DNA of 64,000 nt from Fibrobacteria bacterium (GTDB lineage Bacteria; Fibrobacterota; Fibrobacteria; UBA11236; JADFYW01). The notes below the pieces were generated by a model that was given only the letters and a program-made list of their open reading frames with translations, had not been told where the DNA came from and did not search any database. A program made the position numbers and the translations under genes. Of this stretch, positions 20,266 through 30,804 are shown one piece after another (within the stretch, counting starts at the first letter, position 1; the number at the start of each line of letters is the position of its first letter). Where the stretch lies: the NCBI GenBank assembly GCA_050294405.1, contig JBNKOC010000024.1:108193-172192 (forward strand). The letters run 5' to 3'.

Positions 20266-20578
20266 TTATACAAAACCATATCTGTAAGTCCAAACCTTTG
20301 TTGCCGAAAATAGAGAAGGCTGAGGTTGGCCTAATGTATTTAAGGCTATGCCCATAACCTCTTCCGTTGAACCATACATAGGGGATGAGTCGACCATCCC
20401 CCCACCCTTTTCAAAAAAAGTTTTCAGGATTTCCGTACAGTTATCGATACCCTGCCAATCGCCAAACATTATTAGGCAATAAACATAAGGTGGCAGTCGC
20501 TGCTAAAGCTCCAGAACCAAAAAATTTAAGGGCGTTACGGCGAGTAACATGGTTTTCAAATGTTGCAAGGTAATTCAT
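20266..20578 (-). pseudogene. Aldo/keto reductase remnant with Tat-like leader
   Basis: ATG 20578 gives MNYLATFENHVTRRNALKFFGSGALAA (twin-Arg) then stops; a second frame has GGGMVDSSPMYGSTEEVMG...FSATKVWT, then truncates. Confidence 0.7.
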
Positions 20579-20636
20579 GGCATTATTATTTGATTACTTA
20601 AGTTTTACCAAATAATAAAATATAATCTTTGTAATA

Positions 20637-21167
20637 TTAGCCCATTACAGAAAAATACCAGATATAAAATGCGCTCCAAAATACCAATATTATGAAAACC
20701 GGGTATTTTCCAATTCCAAATCGAGAAAAAAATTTAAGAGCATAGTGGGTTATAACTATGCTTAGACAAAAGCGAATCCATCTGGCAGGTATGCTAATTG
20801 CCATAAAGGAAAAGTATCCTATTCCGCTTCGATAGGCCTCCAAAGCGAAAATTTTGTAGGGCACGCCTTTGAGAGGCCCTAAAAAAATTGCAATAACTCC
20901 CATGTCCTTTAATCTATCGGAAACGGACGATACCATTTTGGGAGAGATTCCAGGTATCCAATCCATATTTACATAACTGTAAAGTTTAACTCCGGTCCAA
21001 TAGGTAACACTTCCACCAATTAAAGCTCCAGCCAAGGCATAGAAACTTGCCACAAACCCATTTTTAAAATTTTTGCGGACTACAAAGCTAAGAAATACAT
21101 CGGGAACTAAAAAGAAAAAAGTAGCCTCTGCCAGGCCCCAGAAAAAAGCAATTGCCCTTCCTACCAA
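20637..21167 (-). CDS. YqaA/DedA(VTT)-like membrane protein
   Basis: WGLAEATFFFLVPD, GVPYKIFA, RWIRF. Confidence 0.7.
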   Translation of the reverse strand: MVGRAIAFFWGLAEATFFFLVPDVFLSFVVRKNFKNGFVASFYALAGALIGGSVTYWTGVKLYSYVNMDWIPGISPKMVSSVSDRLKDMGVIAIFLGPLKGVPYKIFALEAYRSGIGYFSFMAISIPARWIRFCLSIVITHYALKFFSRFGIGKYPVFIILVFWSAFYIWYFSVMG

Positions 21168-21796
21168 ATTTGGTTTCCCGCCTGCTCAGCTAATGTAGAA
21201 AAGGTCTCGTTAACAGATACCATAAAACTCTCCTTATCACCGGTCCATTTTAAATGCTCTCCAACAAATACATCACAAAAAAATGGAACTAATAAGGCTT
21301 CTCCTTTGGGCAAAGACTTACCCAGGCCGTAAAAATAGATGGGAACAACGGGCACTTCAGGCATTTGCTGTGAAACCCGGGCAATCCCTGTTTTTAATTG
21401 CTGAAACTTTTCAGGCTCCCCCCTGCTGCCCTCGGGAAAGAGGACTAATATATTTCCCTGCTTTAAGGACTCGTATACAGGTGCCAACAAGTCCTCATTT
21501 TCCTCTGTTTTTTTTCTTTTCAACGGTACAATTCCGATAATTTTTAAGGAAAACCATTTTATAAATGGATTTTTCAAGAAATAGTCCATGGCAGCAACTG
21601 GTTTCACAATAGAAAGCTGTTTAAGCATCATAGACATAACCACCATTGTATCTAGATGGCTGTTGTGATTAGCTATTATGATAGCTGGGCCTTTGGTTGG
21701 CATTCGCTCCCGGTTGCGTATGTTAAGCCCAATAATTATCCGGATTACAATGCGGATAAACAGCTGAAAGTAAATAAAACGAATGAGCCAATTCAT
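21161..21796 (-). CDS. PlsC-like 1-acyl-glycerol-3-phosphate acyltransferase
   Basis: NHNSHLD (HX4D), FPEGSRG, PVVPI. Confidence 0.92.
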   Translation of the reverse strand: MNWLIRFIYFQLFIRIVIRIIIGLNIRNRERMPTKGPAIIIANHNSHLDTMVVMSMMLKQLSIVKPVAAMDYFLKNPFIKWFSLKIIGIVPLKRKKTEENEDLLAPVYESLKQGNILVLFPEGSRGEPEKFQQLKTGIARVSQQMPEVPVVPIYFYGLGKSLPKGEALLVPFFCDVFVGEHLKWTGDKESFMVSVNETFSTLAEQAGNQIW

Positions 21797-22740
21797 TAGT
21801 AAAAGCTATAGTGGACGAAGTGAAAAAACAAAGGGGCCGTATAGGTTAGACTGTCTATTCTATCCATAATTCCACCATGGCCAGGTAAGATAGAGCCTGT
21901 ATCTTTTTTATTTAAATCCCTCTTTAAGGCAGATATGGTAACATCGCCCAAAAAGCCGCAAACACTGATTATAAGCCCGGCGGCCACAGCCAGTAGGCCT
22001 TTGATTTCCGTTAATATAGGCCCAAATAAAAGGGCTAACAATATGGTGGTAGCCACTCCGCCTAAAAAGCCCTCCCAGGTTTTATTGGGGCTTACCTTTG
22101 GTATAATTTTATGTTTGCCAAAGCTTTTTCCCCATATATATTGGGAAACATCGTTTATTTGAGTTAATACCACTAAAAATAAAACATACCCAGCCCCTCC
22201 AACCACAAATCCCTCTTTAGCAGGCAGCGCCAAAAAATAAGAGACATGGCTTAAGCTAAATACCATAGTCATAAGCCCCCAATGGGTAATTCCCATGGCG
22301 CTTAAAAAACCTTTTGTTTCGCCAATAATTACCATTCGGGCGGGCAAAAGTAAAAACATATACACCGGAATAAATATGATAAACATATTATACCAGCCTA
22401 TGTATATAAAATAATATTGGAATGGAATGGCTAAGTAAGCCCAAAATATTACCCGCCTATCGGCTCTGCGTGTTGGAACAATTGAAATAAATTCCTTGAA
22501 GGCCATAAAGCTCAAAAAGGCAAAAAAGAAAATGGATATGGTTCTCGAAATGGTCATAGCAACCGAAAACAAAATGACCATAAACCACCAGGATTTTATA
22601 CGAGCTGAAAGTTCAGATATATCTTTTTGAGGGTTTAATACCTTCATTAAAGCCACAACAATGGAAGCCACAATTAAAAGGCCAAATATGCCAGCCAAAA
22701 ATAATTTCAAGTTTAAAGGCACATGGCTTAAAAAATTCAT
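21796..22740 (-). CDS. Phosphatidate cytidylyltransferase (YnbB-type)
   Basis: SPNKTWEG, KRDLNKKD, PGHGGIMDRIDSL. Confidence 0.93.
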   Translation of the reverse strand: MNFLSHVPLNLKLFLAGIFGLLIVASIVVALMKVLNPQKDISELSARIKSWWFMVILFSVAMTISRTISIFFFAFLSFMAFKEFISIVPTRRADRRVIFWAYLAIPFQYYFIYIGWYNMFIIFIPVYMFLLLPARMVIIGETKGFLSAMGITHWGLMTMVFSLSHVSYFLALPAKEGFVVGGAGYVLFLVVLTQINDVSQYIWGKSFGKHKIIPKVSPNKTWEGFLGGVATTILLALLFGPILTEIKGLLAVAAGLIISVCGFLGDVTISALKRDLNKKDTGSILPGHGGIMDRIDSLTYTAPLFFHFVHYSFY

Positions 22741-23342
22741 TTAAGAGCCTCCAGGGCTTTTTTGCCTCTGTTCAAAATGGTTACAGCACTTAGAATGGCA
22801 ATTAACATAAGACCTATATTAATCCAAATTGAAGCTGTGAGCCCAACACCCATTAGCAATGCAACTAACCCTAACCAAAAGGCCCTGTCACTTTTTCCCA
22901 TGGGGCCATCGTAACGTCGCTCTGTTCCTATTTGCACAGCAATAACTCCGGTCATTTCGCCGATAATACCAAGTACAACAATTAATATCACCGCAATGGG
23001 ATTAAGGCCCGGGATCAGAGCCAAAGGCAAATAAAGGGCTGCATCAGAAACCACATCGCCCAATTCATTTAAAATTGCGCCTAAGGCAGATTTCATATTA
23101 TGTTCTCTGGCTAACATACCGTCTATGGCATTTAAGGCCATGCGGATAAACAATACAAGAGGTATTACGAGGAGCGGCCACTTTTGAGATGGAAACAAGG
23201 CAATAAGAGCACCTGCGACAATGGAAATTATCATTGCCAATACAGTAATTTGATTTGCTGTGACTCCGGCTTTAAAGAGGGATTGAACTACAGGCCGAAG
23301 TAAGTTTTGAAATTTAGGTTTAATATCGTATATGGAAGCCAT
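22737..23342 (-). CDS. CDP-alcohol phosphatidyltransferase (YnbA-type)
   Basis: SIYDIKPKFQ, NAIDGMLAR...GAILNELGDVVSD, GPMGKSDR. Confidence 0.92.
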   Translation of the reverse strand: MASIYDIKPKFQNLLRPVVQSLFKAGVTANQITVLAMIISIVAGALIALFPSQKWPLLVIPLVLFIRMALNAIDGMLAREHNMKSALGAILNELGDVVSDAALYLPLALIPGLNPIAVILIVVLGIIGEMTGVIAVQIGTERRYDGPMGKSDRAFWLGLVALLMGVGLTASIWINIGLMLIAILSAVTILNRGKKALEALK

Positions 23343-23438
23343 AATTATTTTCTTTAGTCCCGATAAAATGGATGTTCAAATATTTAGCAATCCTTTTGGG
23401 TAAAGCAGGATAAAATCTTTATTCATGCTTTGATACAA

Positions 23439-23454
23439 AGCAATTCTCGATCCA
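23439..23454 (-). promoter_or_regulatory. Possible sigma54 promoter for the lipid operon
   Basis: Minus strand TGGATCGAGAATTGCT with correct GG-GC spacing; palindrome GCGCAAAGCTTTGCGC upstream at 23517-23532. Confidence 0.4.
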
Positions 23455-23620
23455 AATAAATAATGGTGAATTTCGCTGAATTTTGACTGTTTTAAGCTTG
23501 GGTTGCATTTGGAATTGCGCAAAGCTTTGCGCGGAAAAAGGCATTAACTCCTTCTTCCGCCATCAGCAATCTTGCCTTGTGCAACTTCCCATTATTTCAC
23601 GAAAGGCACAGAAGAAATTG

Positions 23621-26600
23621 TTACTCCAAAAAAGGTGCTAAATATTCGCCCGGAATAACAGTTCTCGAGAAGCCCGGTCCTTCCCACGCTACACTCAGGT
23701 TATCAGCTCCCAAGCCTTCTTTTTGCAACGCTTCGATGTAATAAGCTTTTCCTGCGTCCAAATAAATTTGTATGGATTGTTGAGAAGGGTATTTATCCCA
23801 TTGCTGATACCCAGTCCAACTATTGACATAGGCTATTTCATTTGCGTTATTGGGTTCTTCATCTGGACTCAAAAACAATTTACCTTCATTATCAGAGGCA
23901 AGCCAAAAAGTGTAAAAACCGCTTGCTTCCGGGATAAGGTAACCCGATATCCTGGTGCCATAAGTATCCGCCCAATCTAAATATGAGTCAAGAATCACCG
24001 GATAGTCCGATTCATCGGGATTATCGTTTTGGTAACGGGAGTCGTTGTACAGATTCTGCAGGCCGTCTCCAGCTATGTTATACCAAACATCCCGTAAAAC
24101 AGTTCCGGCAACGAGTGAAGGATTCAGTTCGACGGAGCTAAAAGCCGCCATGGCTAAAAGGGAATTGTTATGTGAAGTTACAGCCATTCCTGCCTGGACA
24201 TCATCTCCCATATCGAAGTCGCTAGAACCGACCAAAGTCCACGGGCTACCATCCTTTGAGTAATAACCGATAATTTCATCTCCCAGCTTTTCCAATTTAA
24301 CCCATACCGGAGCTTTGATTCCGGTTATTTGAAAAGATTCGCAAAGCCCTCCTGACACTGCGCGGTATTGAAAAAAGACTCCTCGATTGGGAGTGACACC
24401 CACCATTGCAAATTGGGATGCGGCTGAAGTATTTTTCCTAACCATAAGGGCAGCCTTGGCCCAGTTGTTGGTAAAGTCGATGGTGTCAACTCGGGCCGTT
24501 ATGGAAAAACGACCTTCTTCCGAGCGAGAGACCAGATGAAATTGGTCTTCCTCATTCCAAATATCTTTACCTCCACCTGTAATAACAAAGTTATTTCCAG
24601 TTTGGGTAACTGTACCCTCATAAAGCGGATCCCCGATATTATACGACTGCCAGCCCCATTGTCTTTCTATTCTAAAATCGCTCACTTGAGTAGAGGTTAG
24701 AACGCCTGGATTATGGGAAGTCACGGCCAGACCGGAATAGGTTTCAGCAGGCATGTTTATATTTACAGTCCCCGCCACAGTCCAGTCCAGACCATTCAGA
24801 GAATAATAGCCTGTAAACTGGTTTCCTTTTCTTGCCAATTTAAGGGCAACCGGTGATCTAAACCCCGGAATCTTATTGTAATTTGTCTGACCGGAAGTGT
24901 ATGATCGATACTGAAAGGAGACGCCATTTTCAGGAGTGACTGTCATCATTACATTTGCCGCATCCGCATCTTGTGAAGCACGAATCATGACTCCAGACTT
25001 GGCCCAAGGATCAGTATTTTCCAAAAAATTGACTTTCGCAGTTATACTAACATCTCCCTCCGTTTTTTCAGAGTAAAAATAAAATTGGTCCACACTTCCA
25101 TAAATATCTGAACCTGCAGCTTGGATATTATAAGTATTCCCCGAATGTTCCAAATTGCCAGCCAAGGCGGGGCTACCGATGTCGCCTGAAAACCTATCCT
25201 CATTGAGAATTTGGAAAAAGCTTAAAGCTACGGGAATTTTAGCATCCAGATAATTAGAACCCGTGGAGCCTATTTGCCGAGTAGTAAGGTAATTTTTTCG
25301 ATATACACCGCTTAAAATATCAGGGTTTGAATTAAAACGGATGGGAATAGTAATTGTTTCCCCAGGCTGAACAGTGGCATTTGTAAACGGAATTTGGAGC
25401 CATTCCCAACTGCTGGGAAAAATACCGATGGACATTTCCGAAGTCGATTCTGTTTCATCCTTATCAAAAGTTGTTAGATTTTGAGTGCCATCTGGACTCT
25501 GCAGTCCAGTGAAAAAGGGCTGCGCTTCCGCCAGATAATTATAATGAAAAAAGATATTTCCATTCTCATAAAGGACAATTTGGAAACTATAAACATTGGT
25601 TGAGCTATTATCTGTTACATTGTTGTATTGAATAATGACATGGTCCCCAAAATCTTGGAAAAATACATCGCCAAATGGCCATGATTTGAAGCTTGTCCAG
25701 TATCCAGCTATAATGCCAGGGTAACCGGGAAGTTGGGAGTTATCATAAAAATTGGTTTCAACAGGTCCCAGGACACTAATGACGCCGTTTGAGCTGATGT
25801 ATATTTGGTCGTACTCTTCCCCGTAAAAGGGAAAATTAAATCCAAGGGTTTTAGTGACAGACACATTGTTGTTTTCGCTTAAGCTAGCAAGATTTTCTCC
25901 CGTGGTCTCAATACTATTCCATTGGTAGGGAGCGTAAAATCCTTCAAAGGAATACAGACTGAAATATTCTTTTGAATAGTTAATATCAAAAGAATATGGC
26001 TCTGTCATGTTATTAGTAATTTTCCAATCTAAGGTTTTATTGTTATTACCCAGTAGTACTTCATGTATATCCAAAGGGCTGTATTCAATAGCAGGTAAAG
26101 CTTCAATAGTTATATTTTCCACCGAATTATCAATTTGAACTACTTGAGGTATTGCCGTTAGTCCTTTTGCGCCATCGTCGTAAATTCCAAATTCATATTG
26201 ACTATAGGGGAGCCTTAAATTCAGTACACCATTTGCATCGGTGTACTGATAATAAGATTTATTATTTCCCAAATTGGTATAGGTTACCGGTGCGAAATCC
26301 ACAGGTTCCCCATTCAGAGTGACTTGAACATTTACCTCGCTGAATCTCGCAAAGTCCACATGAACGGTGTGAGACTCCTCAATGGGATCAAATACATAGA
26401 ACTGATCATCCCGTTTGCCTAAACTTTGTCCATCGATAAAAAACTCTTCTACTTCGTATCCCGGATCCGGAGTGATGGTCACCCAAAAAAGTTCTCCAAC
26501 ATTAAGAGTGGTCACACCCTCGGGAGTGACACTTCCATTGGGACTGCTGGATGTGGTGACAGTGATTTTCTGTTCAAATTGGAACTGCTGGAAATGAGCA

Positions 26601-28774
26601 GCGGCCACCTGGCCAGCATCGTGGGAGGTTACGGCCAAGGCTAAATAGTTTTCCCGGGATAATGTTGTGTTTTCTCGTCCGACCTCAATCCAATTTGTTC
26701 CATCTTGAGAATAATAACCAATTGCAAGCCCGTCTTCGTCCTTATCAAGCCGCAACCACACCGGCGCCTGTATTCCGCCCACCGTGGTTTCTAAACTTGC
26801 CCCCCCCTCTGTTAATCTGCGCTGAAAGGAAACACCCCGACCGGGCGTTACAAAAATAGAGGCGTGAGCTGAATTGGGCTGCAATGTTTCCCGCGCCATG
26901 ATCCCGGCTTTGGCCCAGGGGTTGGTATTTGCAATGGCATCTACCCAGACCCGGGACGAAGTAAAATATGTATGTCTGGGGGGAGTCATAGTGAATTGAT
27001 CGCTATTGCCCCAAATATCCGCCCCTGTGCCTATTATATGATAATCATAATTGTAAGTTATTTCCAGGCATGACGTTTCATCAATTAAAGGAGGCGATCC
27101 GATGTTAACACAAGATCCATTTTGGTATTCAAAAGTCATTGCATCATTCCCTGGAGATGACACATTGATAATGGACAACCCAGAAGTGCTTCCATCCCAC
27201 CAATTTGAGCTGGGAATTGATTTTGCCGTAAAGTCCGTTTTATTGCCAATTTTATAAAAGTCTGCGTCTTCGGCATTTCTGAGATTATAAAACGGAGGGC
27301 TATTGGGGGGATAACTTATATCCGGAGTTTCCAAATCAAACTTCCCATCCGCCTGCTCTACGGAAACCCTATAATGCATTTCTGGTGTTCTATCTGGTTG
27401 ATTGTTGTAGGGAACTCCCATATCAATGTGCCAAATTACCAATCCATCGCCGGCTAAATTTTGGTACCGACCCTCGCGTTTCATATACTCCACCATAAAA
27501 AATTCATTGGTATTATTAACATTTAAATATCGAGGAGTTAAAAAATCACCCAATGTTTCCGAAACTGTTGTCCCGTTGGCCATACCGTTCAAATCAACAA
27601 TATCTTCCCAACCTGCTTCCCATCGGAGAAAAGGGTTGGGAGGCAAAGGATTTCCTTGAATTAGGGATGTACCAGCATATAACCCCATTAAGCCAAACTG
27701 ACCTATTCCACTGGATTTTCTGTTTGCGTCATAAAGGTCGGGCCATCGCATTATCAAATGTCCAGTTTCATGACAAAATGTTCCAATAGTAAAAGAGGTA
27801 TTTATGGGAGCCATCTGATAGTAGTAGCCCACTACCCCATCTGCTCCAAAGTCTCCAGGTTGTAATTGTCCACGATGAGGCCAAAATCCCTCTCCAGATT
27901 TATTATCGCTGGGAACACTACCAGTATATAAAATGTTAATTGCTTCGATGTTATTCCCATCCACAAGAGTAAGTTGGCTAAAATCGTATCCACTGGGGCT
28001 ATTTTCTAATGCGGTGAGAGCCTCAGCTATGAGTTCGCGAACGCGGCTTTTGCTTGGAATGCCCGGACCTGGCTTATTTGCCTCAACATCAGAATAATAT
28101 TCTTTGGGCTTTTCCGCAATATAATAGTCTATCACATCACTACTGAGGTCGAGCTTTCCATTGGATACATCTAAAAAAAAGTCCCGAACGGATCCGTTAT
28201 TTCCACCTTCATTGTAGCCTTCCATATTTAAGGCCTCATCAATTGAATTCCTGGGTATGTCGATTGGCTCAGGATTTCCATTCTCATCTTTAAATCCAAT
28301 TAATAAGGTTATGCCACGGTGCTGCCCTGTTACCGGATAAGTAGGAACCGGTGGGGTTGTAGGAGGCGGGCCTTCAACTTCTAAGTTTAGTACGGGAGCA
28401 CCACTTGCAGCTTCTTCTTCTGCAATTCGCTCATCTATAATGGCCTGAATCGCTTCCTGAGACAAACTTCCTCCCTCATAGGTCTCTCCTTCGGGAAGAA
28501 TACGTTCTCCAGTATAGATATTACCCGTGGAAACCCAAGCGGTTTTATCTTCATTTACAACAGCGTAACAGAGAAAGCGGGAAATAGGATCGGCTACAAG
28601 TGGAAATCCATCAATGGAACGGATTTCTCCATAATATTCCCCACCGGTAACAAGCACCTGAACCGCTGTGCCGTCCGGCTGCTCCATATCCATTAAAGTG
28701 TTGTAGTAAGCCGAACTAAAAACCAATTTCATACCCCAGGTAAGTATGAATAAAATTAAAGTGATTTTTTTCAT
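23621..28774 (-). CDS. Large secreted M6-family (immune inhibitor A-like) metalloprotease with three DUF1349/ConA-like repeats, a nidogen-like region and C-terminal PA14
   Basis: GSVRDFFLDVSNGKL, CHETGH...WPDLYD (HExxH); three GxDIxxxxDQF...WAK...AVTSH repeats; FNFPFYGEEY..YISSNG; YTFWLASDNEG..LSVAWEGP (PA14). Confidence 0.88.
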   Translation of the reverse strand: MKKITLILFILTWGMKLVFSSAYYNTLMDMEQPDGTAVQVLVTGGEYYGEIRSIDGFPLVADPISRFLCYAVVNEDKTAWVSTGNIYTGERILPEGETYEGGSLSQEAIQAIIDERIAEEEAASGAPVLNLEVEGPPPTTPPVPTYPVTGQHRGITLLIGFKDENGNPEPIDIPRNSIDEALNMEGYNEGGNNGSVRDFFLDVSNGKLDLSSDVIDYYIAEKPKEYYSDVEANKPGPGIPSKSRVRELIAEALTALENSPSGYDFSQLTLVDGNNIEAINILYTGSVPSDNKSGEGFWPHRGQLQPGDFGADGVVGYYYQMAPINTSFTIGTFCHETGHLIMRWPDLYDANRKSSGIGQFGLMGLYAGTSLIQGNPLPPNPFLRWEAGWEDIVDLNGMANGTTVSETLGDFLTPRYLNVNNTNEFFMVEYMKREGRYQNLAGDGLVIWHIDMGVPYNNQPDRTPEMHYRVSVEQADGKFDLETPDISYPPNSPPFYNLRNAEDADFYKIGNKTDFTAKSIPSSNWWDGSTSGLSIINVSSPGNDAMTFEYQNGSCVNIGSPPLIDETSCLEITYNYDYHIIGTGADIWGNSDQFTMTPPRHTYFTSSRVWVDAIANTNPWAKAGIMARETLQPNSAHASIFVTPGRGVSFQRRLTEGGASLETTVGGIQAPVWLRLDKDEDGLAIGYYSQDGTNWIEVGRENTTLSRENYLALAVTSHDAGQVAAAHFQQFQFEQKITVTTSSSPNGSVTPEGVTTLNVGELFWVTITPDPGYEVEEFFIDGQSLGKRDDQFYVFDPIEESHTVHVDFARFSEVNVQVTLNGEPVDFAPVTYTNLGNNKSYYQYTDANGVLNLRLPYSQYEFGIYDDGAKGLTAIPQVVQIDNSVENITIEALPAIEYSPLDIHEVLLGNNNKTLDWKITNNMTEPYSFDINYSKEYFSLYSFEGFYAPYQWNSIETTGENLASLSENNNVSVTKTLGFNFPFYGEEYDQIYISSNGVISVLGPVETNFYDNSQLPGYPGIIAGYWTSFKSWPFGDVFFQDFGDHVIIQYNNVTDNSSTNVYSFQIVLYENGNIFFHYNYLAEAQPFFTGLQSPDGTQNLTTFDKDETESTSEMSIGIFPSSWEWLQIPFTNATVQPGETITIPIRFNSNPDILSGVYRKNYLTTRQIGSTGSNYLDAKIPVALSFFQILNEDRFSGDIGSPALAGNLEHSGNTYNIQAAGSDIYGSVDQFYFYSEKTEGDVSITAKVNFLENTDPWAKSGVMIRASQDADAANVMMTVTPENGVSFQYRSYTSGQTNYNKIPGFRSPVALKLARKGNQFTGYYSLNGLDWTVAGTVNINMPAETYSGLAVTSHNPGVLTSTQVSDFRIERQWGWQSYNIGDPLYEGTVTQTGNNFVITGGGKDIWNEEDQFHLVSRSEEGRFSITARVDTIDFTNNWAKAALMVRKNTSAASQFAMVGVTPNRGVFFQYRAVSGGLCESFQITGIKAPVWVKLEKLGDEIIGYYSKDGSPWTLVGSSDFDMGDDVQAGMAVTSHNNSLLAMAAFSSVELNPSLVAGTVLRDVWYNIAGDGLQNLYNDSRYQNDNPDESDYPVILDSYLDWADTYGTRISGYLIPEASGFYTFWLASDNEGKLFLSPDEEPNNANEIAYVNSWTGYQQWDKYPSQQSIQIYLDAGKAYYIEALQKEGLGADNLSVAWEGPGFSRTVIPGEYLAPFLE

Positions 28775-29114
28775 GATAATTTACCCCTATTCGATTAAGT
28801 GGTTACTTCTGGCCCAGCACCCAGGAAAATTTTGAAGGGCAAAAAGTATGCTTAATAAGCAATTTCAATTTACTTTCAAAAAGTTACCCAGAAGAATCCA
28901 ACGCAAGGAATCCTTGTGACGAAATGCACTATGATGGTGTGAAATGCACCAAAAAGACTAGTAACAGTTTATTTATGGAGATTTTGTGCGGCGCTATCTA
29001 ACTTCTCGAGGAAAATAAAAATTGAGGGCCGGGTTTTACCAATCCAATTGGGAACCTGGACAAACCTAAAACTGGAAGTCTTTGATGTTTATGGTAAACT
29101 ATAAAAACATACTA

Positions 29115-30242
29115 CTATCTTACTCCAAACCTATATCCAAAGTTTAATGTTAGTGACTTTTCACTGTGAATATTTAACCTTTCAGATTCGAGTTTTATTA
29201 TAAAGTCCATTTTTTTATAAAAAGAAAAGCCTGTAGAGATGCTAAATAATCCTCCAAAATAATTTGAAAGATAATATGTTAAACCCACACCAATAAATGG
29301 AGAGTAATTACCGCTAAGGAAAATATATCGACTTGAAGCCGGGAGTTTATATGCCCAGGATAAATTTCGGTTAAAGTAATTGTCAGTATAAAATACTTTC
29401 ATAAAAGAAAAACCCAATTGATGAGTAAGGTTTTCGCTTATTTCCGGATTAATTATATCAACATAATATCCGAATTCCATGCTTTCAACAATTTCTCTTA
29501 CAGTCTCTAAATACATATAACCCGAAACCGGACCATGGGAAATCAAATATTTGTCTTTTACAATAAAAGTTTTTCTGGGAACCTCAGGATGGGCGTTATT
29601 TAAATCCATTATCAAGGGAATAATATCTCTATCTTCAAACTTCAGGTTTTTAACTCTGTTTTTAAGATTTGGGTTATTATGAAAAAGTTCCAGTAACACC
29701 TTCTTGTAATTATTATATACCACGTAATTGTAGTCCCATAATCTGTAACTTGCCAAAGATTCGTCATTTGGATCAATCCATTTTTCTTTTTGATCCAGAA
29801 CATAATAAGAAGAATCAATTTTAAGAATATAGACATAGCTATTTGACTTGTTGTGGATAGTGTTTCTCTCCTCCTCAGGCAACTGCATTTTAAATAAATC
29901 GGCATAACCCTCCAGCATTTTTTAGCTAACCGAAATTCTTTTGTCTTGCTCGAATCAGAATTCTCAGAAGAAACATATTGAATTTTTTTGAAATACCGTG
30001 GAATCATCCAAAAATATCAATTGATTAATTTGCGGGGCGGGAATTATTATTGGCTTTTTTTGATCAAAAGATTTTTTAAACTTCAAGCTTTTGCTAATAT
30101 CGCTTTCTTTTATTCTTTCCACATAACCGTTAAGTTGGATTGAATCGCTTTTTAAAATTAAGGACTTTTTATAAAAAGAATTTTTAGCAAAAACAGGGCT
30201 GGAAATAATACATAAAGTAACGAATAAGATTAAACTGTGCAT
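29115..30242 (-). pseudogene. Secreted/outer-membrane beta-barrel-like protein split by two homopolymer frameshifts
   Basis: ORFs 29964-30242, part of 29642-30007 and 29115-29918 join if an A7 run (~29983-29989) loses one A and an A6 run (~29918-29923) gains one; C-terminus LNFGYRF. Confidence 0.65.
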
Positions 30243-30333
30243 GCTGTCTGATTATCAAATTAAACTCTTTTAAAAATAGCATCAATTATATTTTTAGAAT
30301 TTAAATAAGTTTCATCCAATACCCCTCAACGCA

Positions 30334-30804
30334 CTATACAATTTTTTGCACCGAATATATTTTACCCCTAAATTCCAAAAAGTCCCCTTCTTTTTTATGA
30401 AAAAGGATCTTTCCAAGGGGCGAACCCATAGATAAAGTCATAAATTCGAATCCTTGAAACATAACATTACCAATACTAACGCCAAATAAATAGTACATGT
30501 TATTGATAATACAAATGGCACCAGGTTTTATTTCAGTATAACCAGATTGATAATCAATTTGTGAAAGAATTTGTAAAGACTTTTGGTGCAATTCTAATTG
30601 AAAGCCATGTTTTTCCTTTTCAATATGCATCATGGCCCTTCCTGTTTCGTACTTATCGCCAGCACTGCTTTTTGTTTCAAGGTTAGCCGCATTTTGGGCG
30701 TTGTTTATTGCCATATTTTCAAATTGAATTTTTTCTTCGATTATTCTTTTGCACTCTGCAAAGAGAGATATTTTAAAATCTAGAGTAATTAAGGATTCAG
30801 CCAT
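30334..30804 (-). CDS. GreA/GreB-like protein
   Basis: ETKSSAGDKYETGRAMM coiled-coil tip; SPLGKIL..KKEGD. Confidence 0.8.
   Translation of the reverse strand: MAESLITLDFKISLFAECKRIIEEKIQFENMAINNAQNAANLETKSSAGDKYETGRAMMHIEKEKHGFQLELHQKSLQILSQIDYQSGYTEIKPGAICIINNMYYLFGVSIGNVMFQGFEFMTLSMGSPLGKILFHKKEGDFLEFRGKIYSVQKIV

Noticed and set aside
29050..29080. Third ECF promoter (GGGAACCT)
   Set aside because: No GTCTAA at 16-nt spacing and no plus-strand gene downstream
29964..29966. TGA readthrough joining the two same-frame ORFs
   Set aside because: Further stops follow in that frame; two homopolymer indels explain the data better
30334..30804. Fatty-acid synthase (3-oxoacyl-ACP synthase) assignment sometimes given to this family
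   Set aside because: Too short and no thiolase-fold motifs; the sequence fits a Gre-like coiled coil plus C-terminal domain
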